In this document: in pieces, positions 9,013-18,272 of the stretch
How the letters are laid out: each line of letters opens with the position of its first letter
Numbering within the stretch: position 1 is the stretch's first letter
Source: a virus
Lineage: Duplodnaviria; Heunggongvirae; Uroviricota; Caudoviricetes
Virus record (IMG/VR): IMGVR_UViG_2778261448_000005
Strand: one strand, 5' to 3'
Length of the DNA: 36,585 nt
Notes under the pieces: generated by a model
What the model saw: the letters and a program-made list of their open reading frames with translations, nothing else
What the model was told of the DNA's origin: nothing
The model's database searches: none
Program-made: the position numbers and the translations under genes

Positions 9013-9327
9013 ATGACGACACCAACCAGACGGATAAGTTTCTATCTGAAGCCCGCCGCCGTCAAGAGTGAACAGGAGGCGTGCAATTACCTCGATAGCC
9101 TACCAGCCTCCGAACGCAGCCGCGCGCAACGCGCGGCCTTTCTGGCTGGGCTAGCGCTCATAAAGCGCAACCCAGCATTTGCCTACTGGATGGCCGAATG
9201 GCCAGAGGACAACCTCCCCTTCAATACCGTTAGCATCAAGGAAACATACCAGGATAATCAGCCTAGCGGAGTTGAATGCAATTTTTATAGAATAAAAAAG
9301 AATATTCAGACCTTATTCCCAGAATAA
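9013..9327 (+). CDS. parR: ParR-like centromere-binding adaptor
   Basis: 104 aa immediately downstream of parM. N-terminal segment (RRISFYLKP ... LDSLPASERSRAQRAAFLAGLAL) resembles R1 ParR. GGAG RBS 7 nt upstream. Confidence 0.7.
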   Translation: MTTPTRRISFYLKPAAVKSEQEACNYLDSLPASERSRAQRAAFLAGLALIKRNPAFAYWMAEWPEDNLPFNTVSIKETYQDNQPSGVECNFYRIKKNIQTLFPE

Positions 9328-9375
9328 TCTGATAATTGTATGTGAACTAATAAAATACAGACCAACACATCATTC

Positions 9376-9400
9376 TGGCACCCTTGCTAACAGGGTGCCA
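9376..9400. terminator. hairpin between convergent parR and the membrane-protein operon
   Basis: TGGCACCC-loop-GGGTGCCA stem-loop in the convergent intergenic gap. Confidence 0.45.
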
Positions 9401-9410
9401 ATGTTTCAAA

Positions 9411-10253
9411 TCATGATGAAATTGCCGAAGTTTTTTTATCGTGCTGAAGTACCGCAAATGCCATTAAAACCTCAAGAGAATAGCGGCGATAATACTTAAC
9501 AAAACCATAATAAAATACTCGGGATGCAGCAATACAAAACAAGAGAAGAAAACAAAAAGGTAACAGTCTGATATTTATATCTATTAAAAAGGATAGAAGG
9601 AGCAGGAACATAAGCAACCAGACTGAAGCGAGAAAAACAAATGTAATGTTTCTACAAAAACCATACAAAGCAACATAGTTTTGCATTTTCACCTGATGAT
9701 TTTTAGAATGTTCATACACATAATGATAAGCAAGGCGAAAAAGATCGCCCCTCAAGCCCTTACGTCGATATAGCGTAGATACAGAAAAAACATTTATATA
9801 ACCATCTCGTATTTGCGGCCAAAAGACTTTAATAAGTATAGAATGCAGTGTGGTTTTATGATGTTCTGCTTTATCAAAAGCTGATACAGGAAATAAAAAA
9901 ACTCCACGAATAAAATTAACTATACTGAACTTAGTATTATGTCGTTTTATTTTCAGGGAGCTTCTTTTAGAAAACAGATAAATTGAAGGATACCCAAGTT
10001 TACTGTTCATGTATTTTTCAATTAAACAGGATGATAGAATAGATATGAAGTGACCTGAAATATATGATAGAACGATTAATGCCACATATATAAATACACT
10101 TATTATTTCTTTATATTTCAGGATATGGTTAAGAATACCTTCTATATAAACAGGGTTAATTTCAATAGAAAACAAAAAAAGGATAAACAGGAATAACCCA
10201 CCTGGAATTAGATAGCCCAAAAAGTCATAAAATGAAAACGGATTCTGTGTCAC
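9411..10253 (-). CDS. multi-pass membrane protein of unknown family, AT-rich cargo
   Basis: 280 aa, GTG start preceded by GGGGGAAG. Hydrophobic helices at both ends (about 4-5 TM). Visibly lower GC than the phage backbone. Confidence 0.6.
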   Translation of the reverse strand: MTQNPFSFYDFLGYLIPGGLFLFILFLFSIEINPVYIEGILNHILKYKEIISVFIYVALIVLSYISGHFISILSSCLIEKYMNSKLGYPSIYLFSKRSSLKIKRHNTKFSIVNFIRGVFLFPVSAFDKAEHHKTTLHSILIKVFWPQIRDGYINVFSVSTLYRRKGLRGDLFRLAYHYVYEHSKNHQVKMQNYVALYGFCRNITFVFLASVWLLMFLLLLSFLIDINIRLLPFCFLLLFCIAASRVFYYGFVKYYRRYSLEVLMAFAVLQHDKKTSAISS

Positions 10254-10292
10254 ACTTCCCCCTGTGTTACTTGTAAATTAAAGGGTAAAACA

Positions 10293-10790
10293 TTATTTGT
10301 TTTTCCGTAAAGGATTAGCTTTCCATCTTCTTACTAACCATTCGAATTCTTGATATGTAGTATCCGAATTAATGCTTTCTCTGATTGCTTTAATTAATGG
10401 CTCGGCAATATCATATGTCTCTACAACTGTTGTGTAAGATGTTCTTTTTATCATTTTTTCATCATAAATACCTTCACGAATACTTACAGCAACTCGCTCG
10501 TAAAAATTTAAAATATATTGAAATTTTCGACGCTCGGCCATTTCTTCATCTGTTATTATGCAACCATCACAAGGAAAAACATAAGAACGAAATGATTTGC
10601 CTGAACGATGCACTTGTTTCAGGGTATGCAATGACTCTATATATTGCATATCTTGCCGACTCTCAAAAAGAAAGTTGGCCGTTTGAGTTTTTTTTGCGGT
10701 ACGCACATTGTAGATAATGGTTCCAATGGCAACCAAAACGCCAAGCAGAACAATAGCATTGCTGATGATTTGTAGTGTTATTGGGTTCAT
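10293..10790 (-). CDS. single-pass membrane protein of unknown family with CDGC motif, AT-rich cargo
   Basis: 165 aa, N-terminal TM helix (ISNAIVLLGVLVAIGTIIY), then a soluble domain. First gene of a two-gene minus-strand operon with 9411-10253. Confidence 0.6.
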   Translation of the reverse strand: MNPITLQIISNAIVLLGVLVAIGTIIYNVRTAKKTQTANFLFESRQDMQYIESLHTLKQVHRSGKSFRSYVFPCDGCIITDEEMAERRKFQYILNFYERVAVSIREGIYDEKMIKRTSYTTVVETYDIAEPLIKAIRESINSDTTYQEFEWLVRRWKANPLRKNK

Positions 10791-10804
10791 CCTATTTCAT
10801 CCAT

Positions 10805-10831
10805 AAAAAAGGCGGGGAGCAAATCCCCGCC
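10805..10831 (-). terminator. intrinsic terminator reading on the minus strand, just upstream of the cargo operon
   Basis: GGCGGGGA-loop-TCCCCGCC stem (8 bp, GC-rich) followed on the minus strand by TTTTTT. Confidence 0.45.
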
Positions 10832-11438
10832 TCATTAGAGGTCAACGTAGCTTAGAAACCATCAAATTCATCATACATTTTTTTCATATCAACCCCCTCA
10901 TAGAAATCATAACCACGTTTTGTGGTTTTTGTGACGTATAAACTACATCAAAGGCAAGCCACGGTCAAATATATAGGCATGCTTACCTGCACAAAAGTGC
11001 ACAAATTTGCACAATTTTTTTGAACGACTTTTTACCCTTCCGGCCCGCATGGCGGCTGGATCCGTCAAGGATCCGTGCGTGCACAAAAAAACGCGCTTTT
11101 TCTGCGCGCAGGTGACGGGGGAACAGCCCGCGTTTCAGGGGGTAAATAGCATTCCCTGAACGATGTCGCAGAGATACAACAGAATGGCTGTATTTCTCAC
11201 GCTGAGCGTGAAAAAGACGTGAGGGCTTTTGATTTGATGAGGTGAAAGGTAAGGCCGTCAAAATCGCACTGAGACGGCGAGAACATGCAGTCAACGCGGT
11301 GGGATTGCGTAAGAGTCTGACTGTCGATGATGGCAATCAGCAGGAAAGCGTCGTGAAATTATCTGACTGATACAGGAGCTGGAGAGTCGGGGCATAAATT
11401 TTTTATGCCCCGGCGAAGCAGCAGACAAGCGAAGCGCG

Positions 11439-12485
11439 TCAGGATGTGGGCTGGGTGTCTAACAGTGCGTAAGGGTTAAAGCGGATCACCTCTTCGCCAA
11501 GCCAGTCATTGATGTGCTTCATGGCCTCCATGACAGGCATCAGCTCGTTAATTGCGTAAACCCGCGCGGCCTTCTCCACATCACCAAACGCACTTTTTTC
11601 GCCCGGCATCGCCCCCATCAGTTGCGGCGGAACGCGGTGCGCAGCCAGCACATCATCACGGGATGCCGCCTTAACATTCATGAACTCATCTTTTGCGGTG
11701 ATCTGCTGGAACGGCAAAATTTGCACCCCCTCTTTGCCCCCGTTGGGCGCATGAATGAGCACGTTTTTAAACGCACCACCACCACGTGCCCCCTGTAGCG
11801 TTTCTTTCAGGGAGTCCATGCTTTCGCGGTTTACCTGCGCTGCACCGATGTAGATGATGCACCCGGCGTGGGATCCGTTGTCGTAGTACAGTTTTCTGAA
11901 CATGTCCGCCGAATGAGAAAGGCTGGCCGAGAGTAATGCGCCAAGATATTCCGGCATGCCGTAGATTTCCTGGTTAATATCCGGATTCATCAGGTGGCAC
12001 ACTTTGCCAGGACGAAACTGGAACGCGTCCTTGCCATCCTGCACATACCACCATGATTCAAGATCGCTTCCGCGTCGCATGTATTTCGCCAGGGCGTGCC
12101 GTAATTTAAGCGGTTCGCCGAGCATATTGCTTCGAAGCTCAAGGAATGCGTTACCGAACACAAACCAGTCCAGCGCCAGCGCCGAGAAATCCTGCCGGGA
12201 AAGCAGCGGGTGCGGGATGTAGCAACCGAGTAATACATTGCGCTTAAAGTAAAGCGCAGACTGATGCCAGGACGTTTGCCGGGCAGCTCTTGCCAGACCG
12301 TACCAGTCCACCGGAGTTTCATACCACCGCCCGTTATCAGCACAGTACATATTGTCCAGCAGGTCATGCCCGGTCAGGCGATAAGGACCATCAAATGTGA
12401 ATGCACTGAGCGATGATTCTTTCCTGAGCGCATCAGCGAGATCAATGCGTGAACTCATGCGCACTTTTTTATTTTTTCTGCTCAT
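11439..12485 (-). CDS. Q: portal protein, P2 gpQ family
   Basis: 348 aa (P2 gpQ about 344 aa). Downstream of and overlapping the large terminase in the leftward P-Q operon. Confidence 0.9.
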   Translation of the reverse strand: MSRKNKKVRMSSRIDLADALRKESSLSAFTFDGPYRLTGHDLLDNMYCADNGRWYETPVDWYGLARAARQTSWHQSALYFKRNVLLGCYIPHPLLSRQDFSALALDWFVFGNAFLELRSNMLGEPLKLRHALAKYMRRGSDLESWWYVQDGKDAFQFRPGKVCHLMNPDINQEIYGMPEYLGALLSASLSHSADMFRKLYYDNGSHAGCIIYIGAAQVNRESMDSLKETLQGARGGGAFKNVLIHAPNGGKEGVQILPFQQITAKDEFMNVKAASRDDVLAAHRVPPQLMGAMPGEKSAFGDVEKAARVYAINELMPVMEAMKHINDWLGEEVIRFNPYALLDTQPTS

Positions 12486-14236
12486 CAGAACTCCATAACC
12501 GTGAAACGCTCGTTTTCTCCTTCGCCGCCAATCGGTTCGTTAATGACAGCAAGCATGGTTGCCCACGCAAGGTCGCCGTGGCTGATCCCCCTCGCGCGGT
12601 CCGTTTCGTAAGTGATAAAGCCGCCCGGTGTTTTCACTTTACGCACGGCGTTAAAGGCCGCGACCAGCTCGCGTTCGGCGCGATCGTATTCCCACCGCCC
12701 GGCACGCATTATTTGCAGCATTTTCAGTACCAGCGACCGTTTTGATGACAGCGTGAAGGTGTACGGAATAGCAGCAGGGAAAAACCGTTTCACTATCTGA
12801 TAAACAGCCTCCCCGTTCCCGCCCGTCACATCAATGCCGATGTGTTCCACGTTGTAGCGATACGTGAACTCTTCAATGACTCTGGCCTGTTCTTCAAACT
12901 CCAGCCCCTGAACGCGTCGCGTCTCCACCGTTCGAAAACGGCCACCAGGAACAGCCGGAGGAACCACCACGGACACAGCGCCGCTGTCGCCGTTGCCACT
13001 GCTGCCGTTTGCGTCATACCCAATCCATACCGGACGATTCCCCATCGGGCGGGGAGCAAAAGGTTTCCAGTCTTTCCAGTCGTCGTATCCGTCAACACCG
13101 CAGCCAATCAGGATATTCAGGTTAAATGCCGATTCCCCTTCGCGAACAAACTCACACATATAGAGATTGAGGAACTCGTCTTCGGTGTTTTCATCACGGA
13201 TTTCGTCAATATCGGTGTGTTTCCAGCCGTGATTAACCACATCTTCCAGCGTGACAATTTGCCGCCACGTCCGGTCAGGGCAGATAAGCCCGTTATGCAG
13301 CGTTTTCCAGTCCACAGAAAAACGCTGGCGTTTATGCGAGGCCTTTTTCTCGTTCCAGCGGTCGCCGTTCCAGTAGGCGTATGCCTCGTGCGTTTCGGTG
13401 GATGGCGTGGAGAAGTAGGTGCGCCGCAGTCCGCTGAGGGTTGCCATAGCGCCAGCCACCTTGCGCAGTTCAGCAAAGCGACTGACCCAGAAAAATTCAT
13501 CAAAATAAAAATTGCCCGTATAGGACTGTGCCGACGCAGCAGAAGTGCCGAGAAAATGCAGCTCTGCGCCGTTGGAGAGGATGATTTTATCGCCCCCTTT
13601 CAGCTCCACATCAACTTCAGCCGCGGCCTTCTGAATAATGCTTTTAAACTGGAACGCCTGACGACGCGACGCAGACAAAAAAATCTGGTTACGCTGGTAA
13701 GGTTGCGCCACATCGTCACGCAGCGCCATCAGCAGAGCTTCCTGTGCAAAATACCAGGTCGCCCCAATCTGTCGGGATTTCAGGATCATCCTGTTACGTA
13801 TCCCGGCTTCCCTGCAAAGTGTCAGGGAGTCAAACCAGCCCCGCTGATGCCACTCCAGCCTGCTGATGATTTTTTCCCGCAGTGCGGCAATCTGTTCCGG
13901 CGTGAAATGATTTTTGAGTTTTTTCGCCCGGCCTTTCTTTCCTGCGGCCATCACATCCGGCTGGCCATCATGCAGCTTTTTAAGCTGCCGGGTCAGCAGG
14001 TCTATTTCCTTAAAGTCACCGCCTGTTTTATTCTGTTTTTCAGTAAGCTGGATGAGGCGCGCATCGATGGACTGCGTGACACGCTGCACGGGTGGCGTTT
14101 CATCCCACTGGTCACGTTTTTTCCACGCATAAATCGTGTTCGGGTTTATTCCCATCAGACGTGATATTTCTGCGGGCGGATAACCCTGCCAGTAAAGTTG
14201 CCGCGCACGCTGGCGCACAAAAGCGTCCTGAATCAT
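12485..14236 (-). CDS. P: terminase large (ATPase) subunit, P2 gpP family
   Basis: 583 aa with a terminase-type Walker A-like segment (ILKSRQIGATWYF). Divergent from the O-N-M operon as in P2. Confidence 0.9.
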   Translation of the reverse strand: MIQDAFVRQRARQLYWQGYPPAEISRLMGINPNTIYAWKKRDQWDETPPVQRVTQSIDARLIQLTEKQNKTGGDFKEIDLLTRQLKKLHDGQPDVMAAGKKGRAKKLKNHFTPEQIAALREKIISRLEWHQRGWFDSLTLCREAGIRNRMILKSRQIGATWYFAQEALLMALRDDVAQPYQRNQIFLSASRRQAFQFKSIIQKAAAEVDVELKGGDKIILSNGAELHFLGTSAASAQSYTGNFYFDEFFWVSRFAELRKVAGAMATLSGLRRTYFSTPSTETHEAYAYWNGDRWNEKKASHKRQRFSVDWKTLHNGLICPDRTWRQIVTLEDVVNHGWKHTDIDEIRDENTEDEFLNLYMCEFVREGESAFNLNILIGCGVDGYDDWKDWKPFAPRPMGNRPVWIGYDANGSSGNGDSGAVSVVVPPAVPGGRFRTVETRRVQGLEFEEQARVIEEFTYRYNVEHIGIDVTGGNGEAVYQIVKRFFPAAIPYTFTLSSKRSLVLKMLQIMRAGRWEYDRAERELVAAFNAVRKVKTPGGFITYETDRARGISHGDLAWATMLAVINEPIGGEGENERFTVMEF

Positions 14237-14390
14237 TGCTCCCCCTGAGTAATTACAGGAAGATTACCCGCGCGCGAAACTGTTCTCCTTAACCCCCTGT
14301 TCTGGCCGTTTTCTTACAACAAAAGCCCTTTGTATCAGCCTGTTACGCTTTGCCATCATGACTGAAGAACCAGTCAGAGGGGCAAAAACT

Positions 14391-15227
14391 ATGGCTAATG
14401 AAAAAAAGACATCCCGCAAAAAGTTTCGCGTGGCTGTCTCCGGATCAACTGTTGATGGCCGTGAAATCAGTCCGGTGCATCTGCGTGAAGCCGCCGAGAA
14501 CTTCAACCCGGATGTTTACGCTGCCCGCGTGAACGTTGAGCACTATCTCTCGCCATGCCCGTCAAGCGAATTTTCCGCAATGGGCGATGTCACCGCACTG
14601 AGTACGGAAGACATTACGGAAGGTCCGCTGGCCGGACGTACTGCGCTGTATGCAGAAATCGAACCGACAGAGCGCATGAAGCAGCTTGTCGCGGACGGCA
14701 AGAAAATCTATTCCAGTATCGAACTGCACCCGCAGTTCTCCGTTAACGGGCGCGCCTATCTGGTCGGGCTGGCGATGACCGACACCCCGGCAAGCCTGGG
14801 CACTGAGCGCCTGAAATTCACGGCACAGCAACGTCAGGCGGTAATGACGTTCAACAGTGTCCAGGGTGAAGCGCCGCTTATCTCCGAAGCCATCGAGTCT
14901 GAAATCATCGAAATGGCAGAACAACGCCAGGAAGAAGGCACCCAGTGGTTTAACCGCGTAATGGGGATTATTGGCCGTGGCCGCAAAGCGGATGACGCCA
15001 GTTTTTCCCGTATTCAGGAAGCGGTGGAAGGCGTCGCAACGTCACAGGCCGACATTATCGACCGTTTTAATGTGCTGGAAACCCGCCATCAGCAGGACCG
15101 CCAGAAAATTACGTCACTGATCACAGAGCTGACAGCACTGAAGGAAAAACTGCGCACGCAGGACGGCGATCCGCAGAACCGGTTCACCGCAACGGGCGCA
15201 GCCTCCGACCAGATGGCTGACTTCTGA
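14391..15227 (+). CDS. O: capsid scaffolding protein, P2 gpO family
   Basis: ORF-track frame 14358-15227, start set to the ATG at 14391 with GAGGGG RBS. Size and position match gpO. Confidence 0.85.
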   Translation: MANEKKTSRKKFRVAVSGSTVDGREISPVHLREAAENFNPDVYAARVNVEHYLSPCPSSEFSAMGDVTALSTEDITEGPLAGRTALYAEIEPTERMKQLVADGKKIYSSIELHPQFSVNGRAYLVGLAMTDTPASLGTERLKFTAQQRQAVMTFNSVQGEAPLISEAIESEIIEMAEQRQEEGTQWFNRVMGIIGRGRKADDASFSRIQEAVEGVATSQADIIDRFNVLETRHQQDRQKITSLITELTALKEKLRTQDGDPQNRFTATGAASDQMADF

Positions 15228-15250
15228 TAAGACAAAGGAGCAAATTTTTT

Positions 15251-16303
15251 ATGAATCTGGTGATGTCAGATATTACCCGCAACAAGCTGGGTTGCTATAT
15301 GGCGCAGCAGGCGTCGCTTAATAATATCCCGGTTTCTGCGCTGGTATCGCGATTTACCGTAGAACCCTCGGTGCAGCAGCGTTTTGAAAACGCCTCAAAG
15401 GAAAGCACCGAATTTACAAAAAGAATTAACGTGATCGGCGTAACCGACCAGAAAGGCGAAAAAATCCTCCCGGATACCACAGGACCGATTGCGCGCACGA
15501 ATACCAGTTATGACGGCACAAAACGCCGTAACCCGAATAACGTGGTTGATCTGAAAAACCGCAAATACCAGTGCGAACAGGTGAACTACGACACGTTTAT
15601 TTCATATCCGCAGCTTGATGCCTGGGCGGCACATCCTGATTTTCAGTCCCGCATCAGCGCACAGATTGCCCGACAGGTGGCGCTTGACCGCATCATGATC
15701 GGTTTCAACGGCACGTCTCACGCGGATGAGTCCAACTTCAGCACCAACAAGCTGCTTCAGGACGTTAACGTGGGCTGGCTGGAGCACATCAGAACCGACG
15801 CCAGCGAGCGCGTTATGAATGACGTGACGCTGACCTCCCGCAACATGGACAACACCGTGGCGCACGCGGGTAAGTATGCGAACGCTGATGCACTGGTACA
15901 GGACGCACGCTCATCCCTGCTGGATGAATGGCACAAGGAAGCTGACGACCTCGTGGTGATTATGGGGCGCAACCTGTTTAACTCGCTGCGTCTTCCCGTG
16001 CTGAACAGCATCAGCGGCCAGAATCCCAATGCGGAATTACTTGCCGGGCAGCTCATCCTGTCATCGCGCACCATTGGCGGGCTGGGCGTGTTCCTTGCGC
16101 CGTTCTTCCCGGATGCAACGATGCTGATCACCTCGTTCAACAACCTGTCGATTTACTGGCAGAAAGGTTCAATGCGTCGTCTGATGAAAGACGAACCGGA
16201 ATACAACCGCATCGCCACCTACCAGTCCATCAATGACGCTTATGTCGTTGAAGACTATGGCAAGTGCGCGATGGTCACTGGCCTGAAGTTCGCCGACAGC
16301 TAA
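15251..16303 (+). CDS. N: major capsid protein, P2 gpN family
   Basis: 350 aa (P2 gpN about 357 aa), AAGGAG RBS, directly after the scaffold gene. Confidence 0.9.
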   Translation: MNLVMSDITRNKLGCYMAQQASLNNIPVSALVSRFTVEPSVQQRFENASKESTEFTKRINVIGVTDQKGEKILPDTTGPIARTNTSYDGTKRRNPNNVVDLKNRKYQCEQVNYDTFISYPQLDAWAAHPDFQSRISAQIARQVALDRIMIGFNGTSHADESNFSTNKLLQDVNVGWLEHIRTDASERVMNDVTLTSRNMDNTVAHAGKYANADALVQDARSSLLDEWHKEADDLVVIMGRNLFNSLRLPVLNSISGQNPNAELLAGQLILSSRTIGGLGVFLAPFFPDATMLITSFNNLSIYWQKGSMRRLMKDEPEYNRIATYQSINDAYVVEDYGKCAMVTGLKFADS

Positions 16304-16348
16304 TCAACTCACGGCGGGCATCATGCCCGCCTGTAACGGAGAGAAAAA

Positions 16349-17149
16349 ATGATTACTCCTGCACAGCAACACTGGCAGAACGTGATGGCACAGCGCGCAG
16401 GCCGGGCGAATGAAGGCGTGGACCACGCCGCGCGTACCGCGCATGAAGAGGTGCTGTATCGTCTGCGTCTGGCACAGGCCCGGCTTAAGGGCGTACAGGC
16501 CAGAAGCGCGAAAGCCGCCATCAAAAAAGAGTTGTTGCCGGACTTTTCCGGCTGGATTGAGGGAACGCTGGAGGCTGACGGTGGGCAGCAGGATGAAGTG
16601 ATTGCCACGCTGATGGTGTGGGCGATTGACTGCGGCGATCTTCCGCTGGCGCTGCGTATTGGTGCATATGTGGTCCGTCACAACCTCATCATGCCGGATA
16701 ACTTTGGCCGTACTGCTGCCACAGTGCTGACCGAAGAAATCTGCAATCCGGTACTGACGCAGGCCGGGACGGATGCCGACGCGGATTTGTCCGCCTTTAT
16801 CGAACCTCTGGACACCCTCCGGGAGATTGTCACCGACCAGGACATGCCGGACGAAGTGCGCGCCAAATTATGCAAGGCGTGTGCCTTTGCCCGTCGTGGC
16901 CTGACCGATGCAGACAGCATGGCCCTGTCACTGAAGCTGCTGCGCGAAGCGATGCACCTGAACCCGAACGCAGGTGTGAAACGCGAGATTGCAACCCTTT
17001 CCCGCGCCCTGAAAAAAGCCGATTCCGCAGCCGCACCAGAAGACGCCAGCGCACAGCAGGCGCAGGACGAAAGCAGCAAAAGTAAAAAGACAACGCGGAA
17101 GCCTGCAACACGAAAAACCACCGCGACGCAGAAGGCGAAGCGCGGTTAA
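16349..17149 (+). CDS. M: terminase small (endonuclease) subunit, P2 gpM family
   Basis: 266 aa, GGAGAG RBS, position after N. Confidence 0.85.
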   Translation: MITPAQQHWQNVMAQRAGRANEGVDHAARTAHEEVLYRLRLAQARLKGVQARSAKAAIKKELLPDFSGWIEGTLEADGGQQDEVIATLMVWAIDCGDLPLALRIGAYVVRHNLIMPDNFGRTAATVLTEEICNPVLTQAGTDADADLSAFIEPLDTLREIVTDQDMPDEVRAKLCKACAFARRGLTDADSMALSLKLLREAMHLNPNAGVKREIATLSRALKKADSAAAPEDASAQQAQDESSKSKKTTRKPATRKTTATQKAKRG

Positions 17150-17251
17150 CGACTGACCCCGTCAGCGGGCGGCGTGCGCGGTGTTCCGGTTTGACTCCGT
17201 GACCGTTTACACCGCGCACCCACCGCCCGATTTTTTTCAGGAGTGAACCCC

Positions 17252-17746
17252 ATGAGTATGGTTGCCAGAAACAACCCCGGACCCGCAGAGGACGACATCA
17301 CCGATACCGATGATGGTGATACCCGTATTTCAGCGGGCGCATTCTGGCCGGATATTGTGCTGCGTGAGCTGCGTCTGGCGATACGACTGCCGGGCCGTGT
17401 GACCACCTCCCGCCTGCTGCATACCGCCACCGGGGCCGTGGCACACGTTACCCGCGAGCTGGAAGCGTGGCAGCAGGAACAGCAGGCGGCTGGCCATCAG
17501 ACGCTGGCCGATGTTCCGGCACCCGTAATTAACGGAGAAAGCGTCAATCTCTGGCACTGGCGCAATGCTGTTTATACCGCCACACGCGCCCTGATTCTGG
17601 AGCGTTACCGCGATGCGGACACAACGGACAAGGGCGACCGCCGGGCGGACGCACTGGATATACAGACATCGGATTTGTGGCGTGATGTGAGCTGGGCCAT
17701 CTCTGACATTCTGTGCCGCCCACGAATCTTTGCGGAGTTGTGCTGA
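17252..17746 (+). CDS. L: head completion protein, P2 gpL family
   Basis: ORF-track frame 17243-17746, start set to the ATG at 17252 after an AGGAGTG RBS. About 164 aa. Confidence 0.8.
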   Translation: MSMVARNNPGPAEDDITDTDDGDTRISAGAFWPDIVLRELRLAIRLPGRVTTSRLLHTATGAVAHVTRELEAWQQEQQAAGHQTLADVPAPVINGESVNLWHWRNAVYTATRALILERYRDADTTDKGDRRADALDIQTSDLWRDVSWAISDILCRPRIFAELC

Positions 17747-17946
17747 TGAAAGTAAAGGCACTGGAAGACGACACCGTGGATTCGCTCTGTTTCCGGTACT
17801 ACGGCACGACGCAGGGCGTCACCGAAAAGGTGCTGGATGCCAACCCCGGACTCTGTCAGCAGGTATTTCTGGACGCAGGGCAGGAAGTGGAGATGCCGGA
17901 GCCGGAGAAGAAGAAACGAGAAATGATTCAGTTGTGGGGGGAGTAG
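17746..17946 (+). CDS. X: tail protein X, P2 gpX family
   Basis: 66 aa from the ATG overlapping the L stop. MKVKALEDDTVDSLCFRYYG ... ANPGL parallels P2 gpX as I recall it. Confidence 0.8.
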   Translation: MKVKALEDDTVDSLCFRYYGTTQGVTEKVLDANPGLCQQVFLDAGQEVEMPEPEKKKREMIQLWGE

Positions 17947-17948
17947 CA

Positions 17949-18272
17949 GTGAGCACCATTCAAACAGGGATCACAGAGCAGGTTATTGCGTGGCTCTTTG
18001 ACCACCTGCCAACGGTGTATGCAGTAGGCGCGGCGGTCAGCATTTCCGCGCTGATGAGTCTTTATGACGGACGAACACTGGTTCAGACCGTAACGGGATC
18101 GCTGGCGTGCGGCGTTCTTGCCATGGCCGTGGCCGGGTCGTTGCGCTTCTTCGGGTTTCCTGAAGATGCCGTGACGTTTATCGGCGCATCAATCGGTTTT
18201 ATGGGTGCAGAGAAAGCACGCGACAAGGTTATTGCGGCCTTTAATCGCAGGGTGAAGGAGAAGGAAGAATGA
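17949..18272 (+). CDS. holin (putative)
   Basis: GTG start after a GGGGGGAG RBS. About 107 aa with hydrophobic helices, immediately upstream of the endolysin and overlapping its start. Confidence 0.6.
   Translation: MSTIQTGITEQVIAWLFDHLPTVYAVGAAVSISALMSLYDGRTLVQTVTGSLACGVLAMAVAGSLRFFGFPEDAVTFIGASIGFMGAEKARDKVIAAFNRRVKEKEE

Noticed and set aside
8878-9327. Long 149-aa version of the ParR-like ORF overlapping the parM 3-prime end
   Set aside because: The upstream extension lacks an RBS and overlaps parM; the ATG at 9013 has a GGAG RBS and gives a ParR-sized protein.
10983-11336. 117-aa minus-strand ORF in the cos-proximal interval
   Set aside because: No RBS and a basic low-complexity translation, in a region expected to hold cos and terminase binding sites.
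12842-14164. 440-aa plus-strand ORF antisense to the large terminase gene
   Set aside because: It lies entirely within the well-supported minus-strand terminase gene, has no RBS and an odd composition; a long antisense ORF is expected by chance in GC-rich coding DNA.
17730-18272. 180-aa ORF spanning the X/holin region
   Set aside because: Its 5-prime part overlaps gene X in another frame; the holin most plausibly starts at the GTG at 17949 after a strong RBS.
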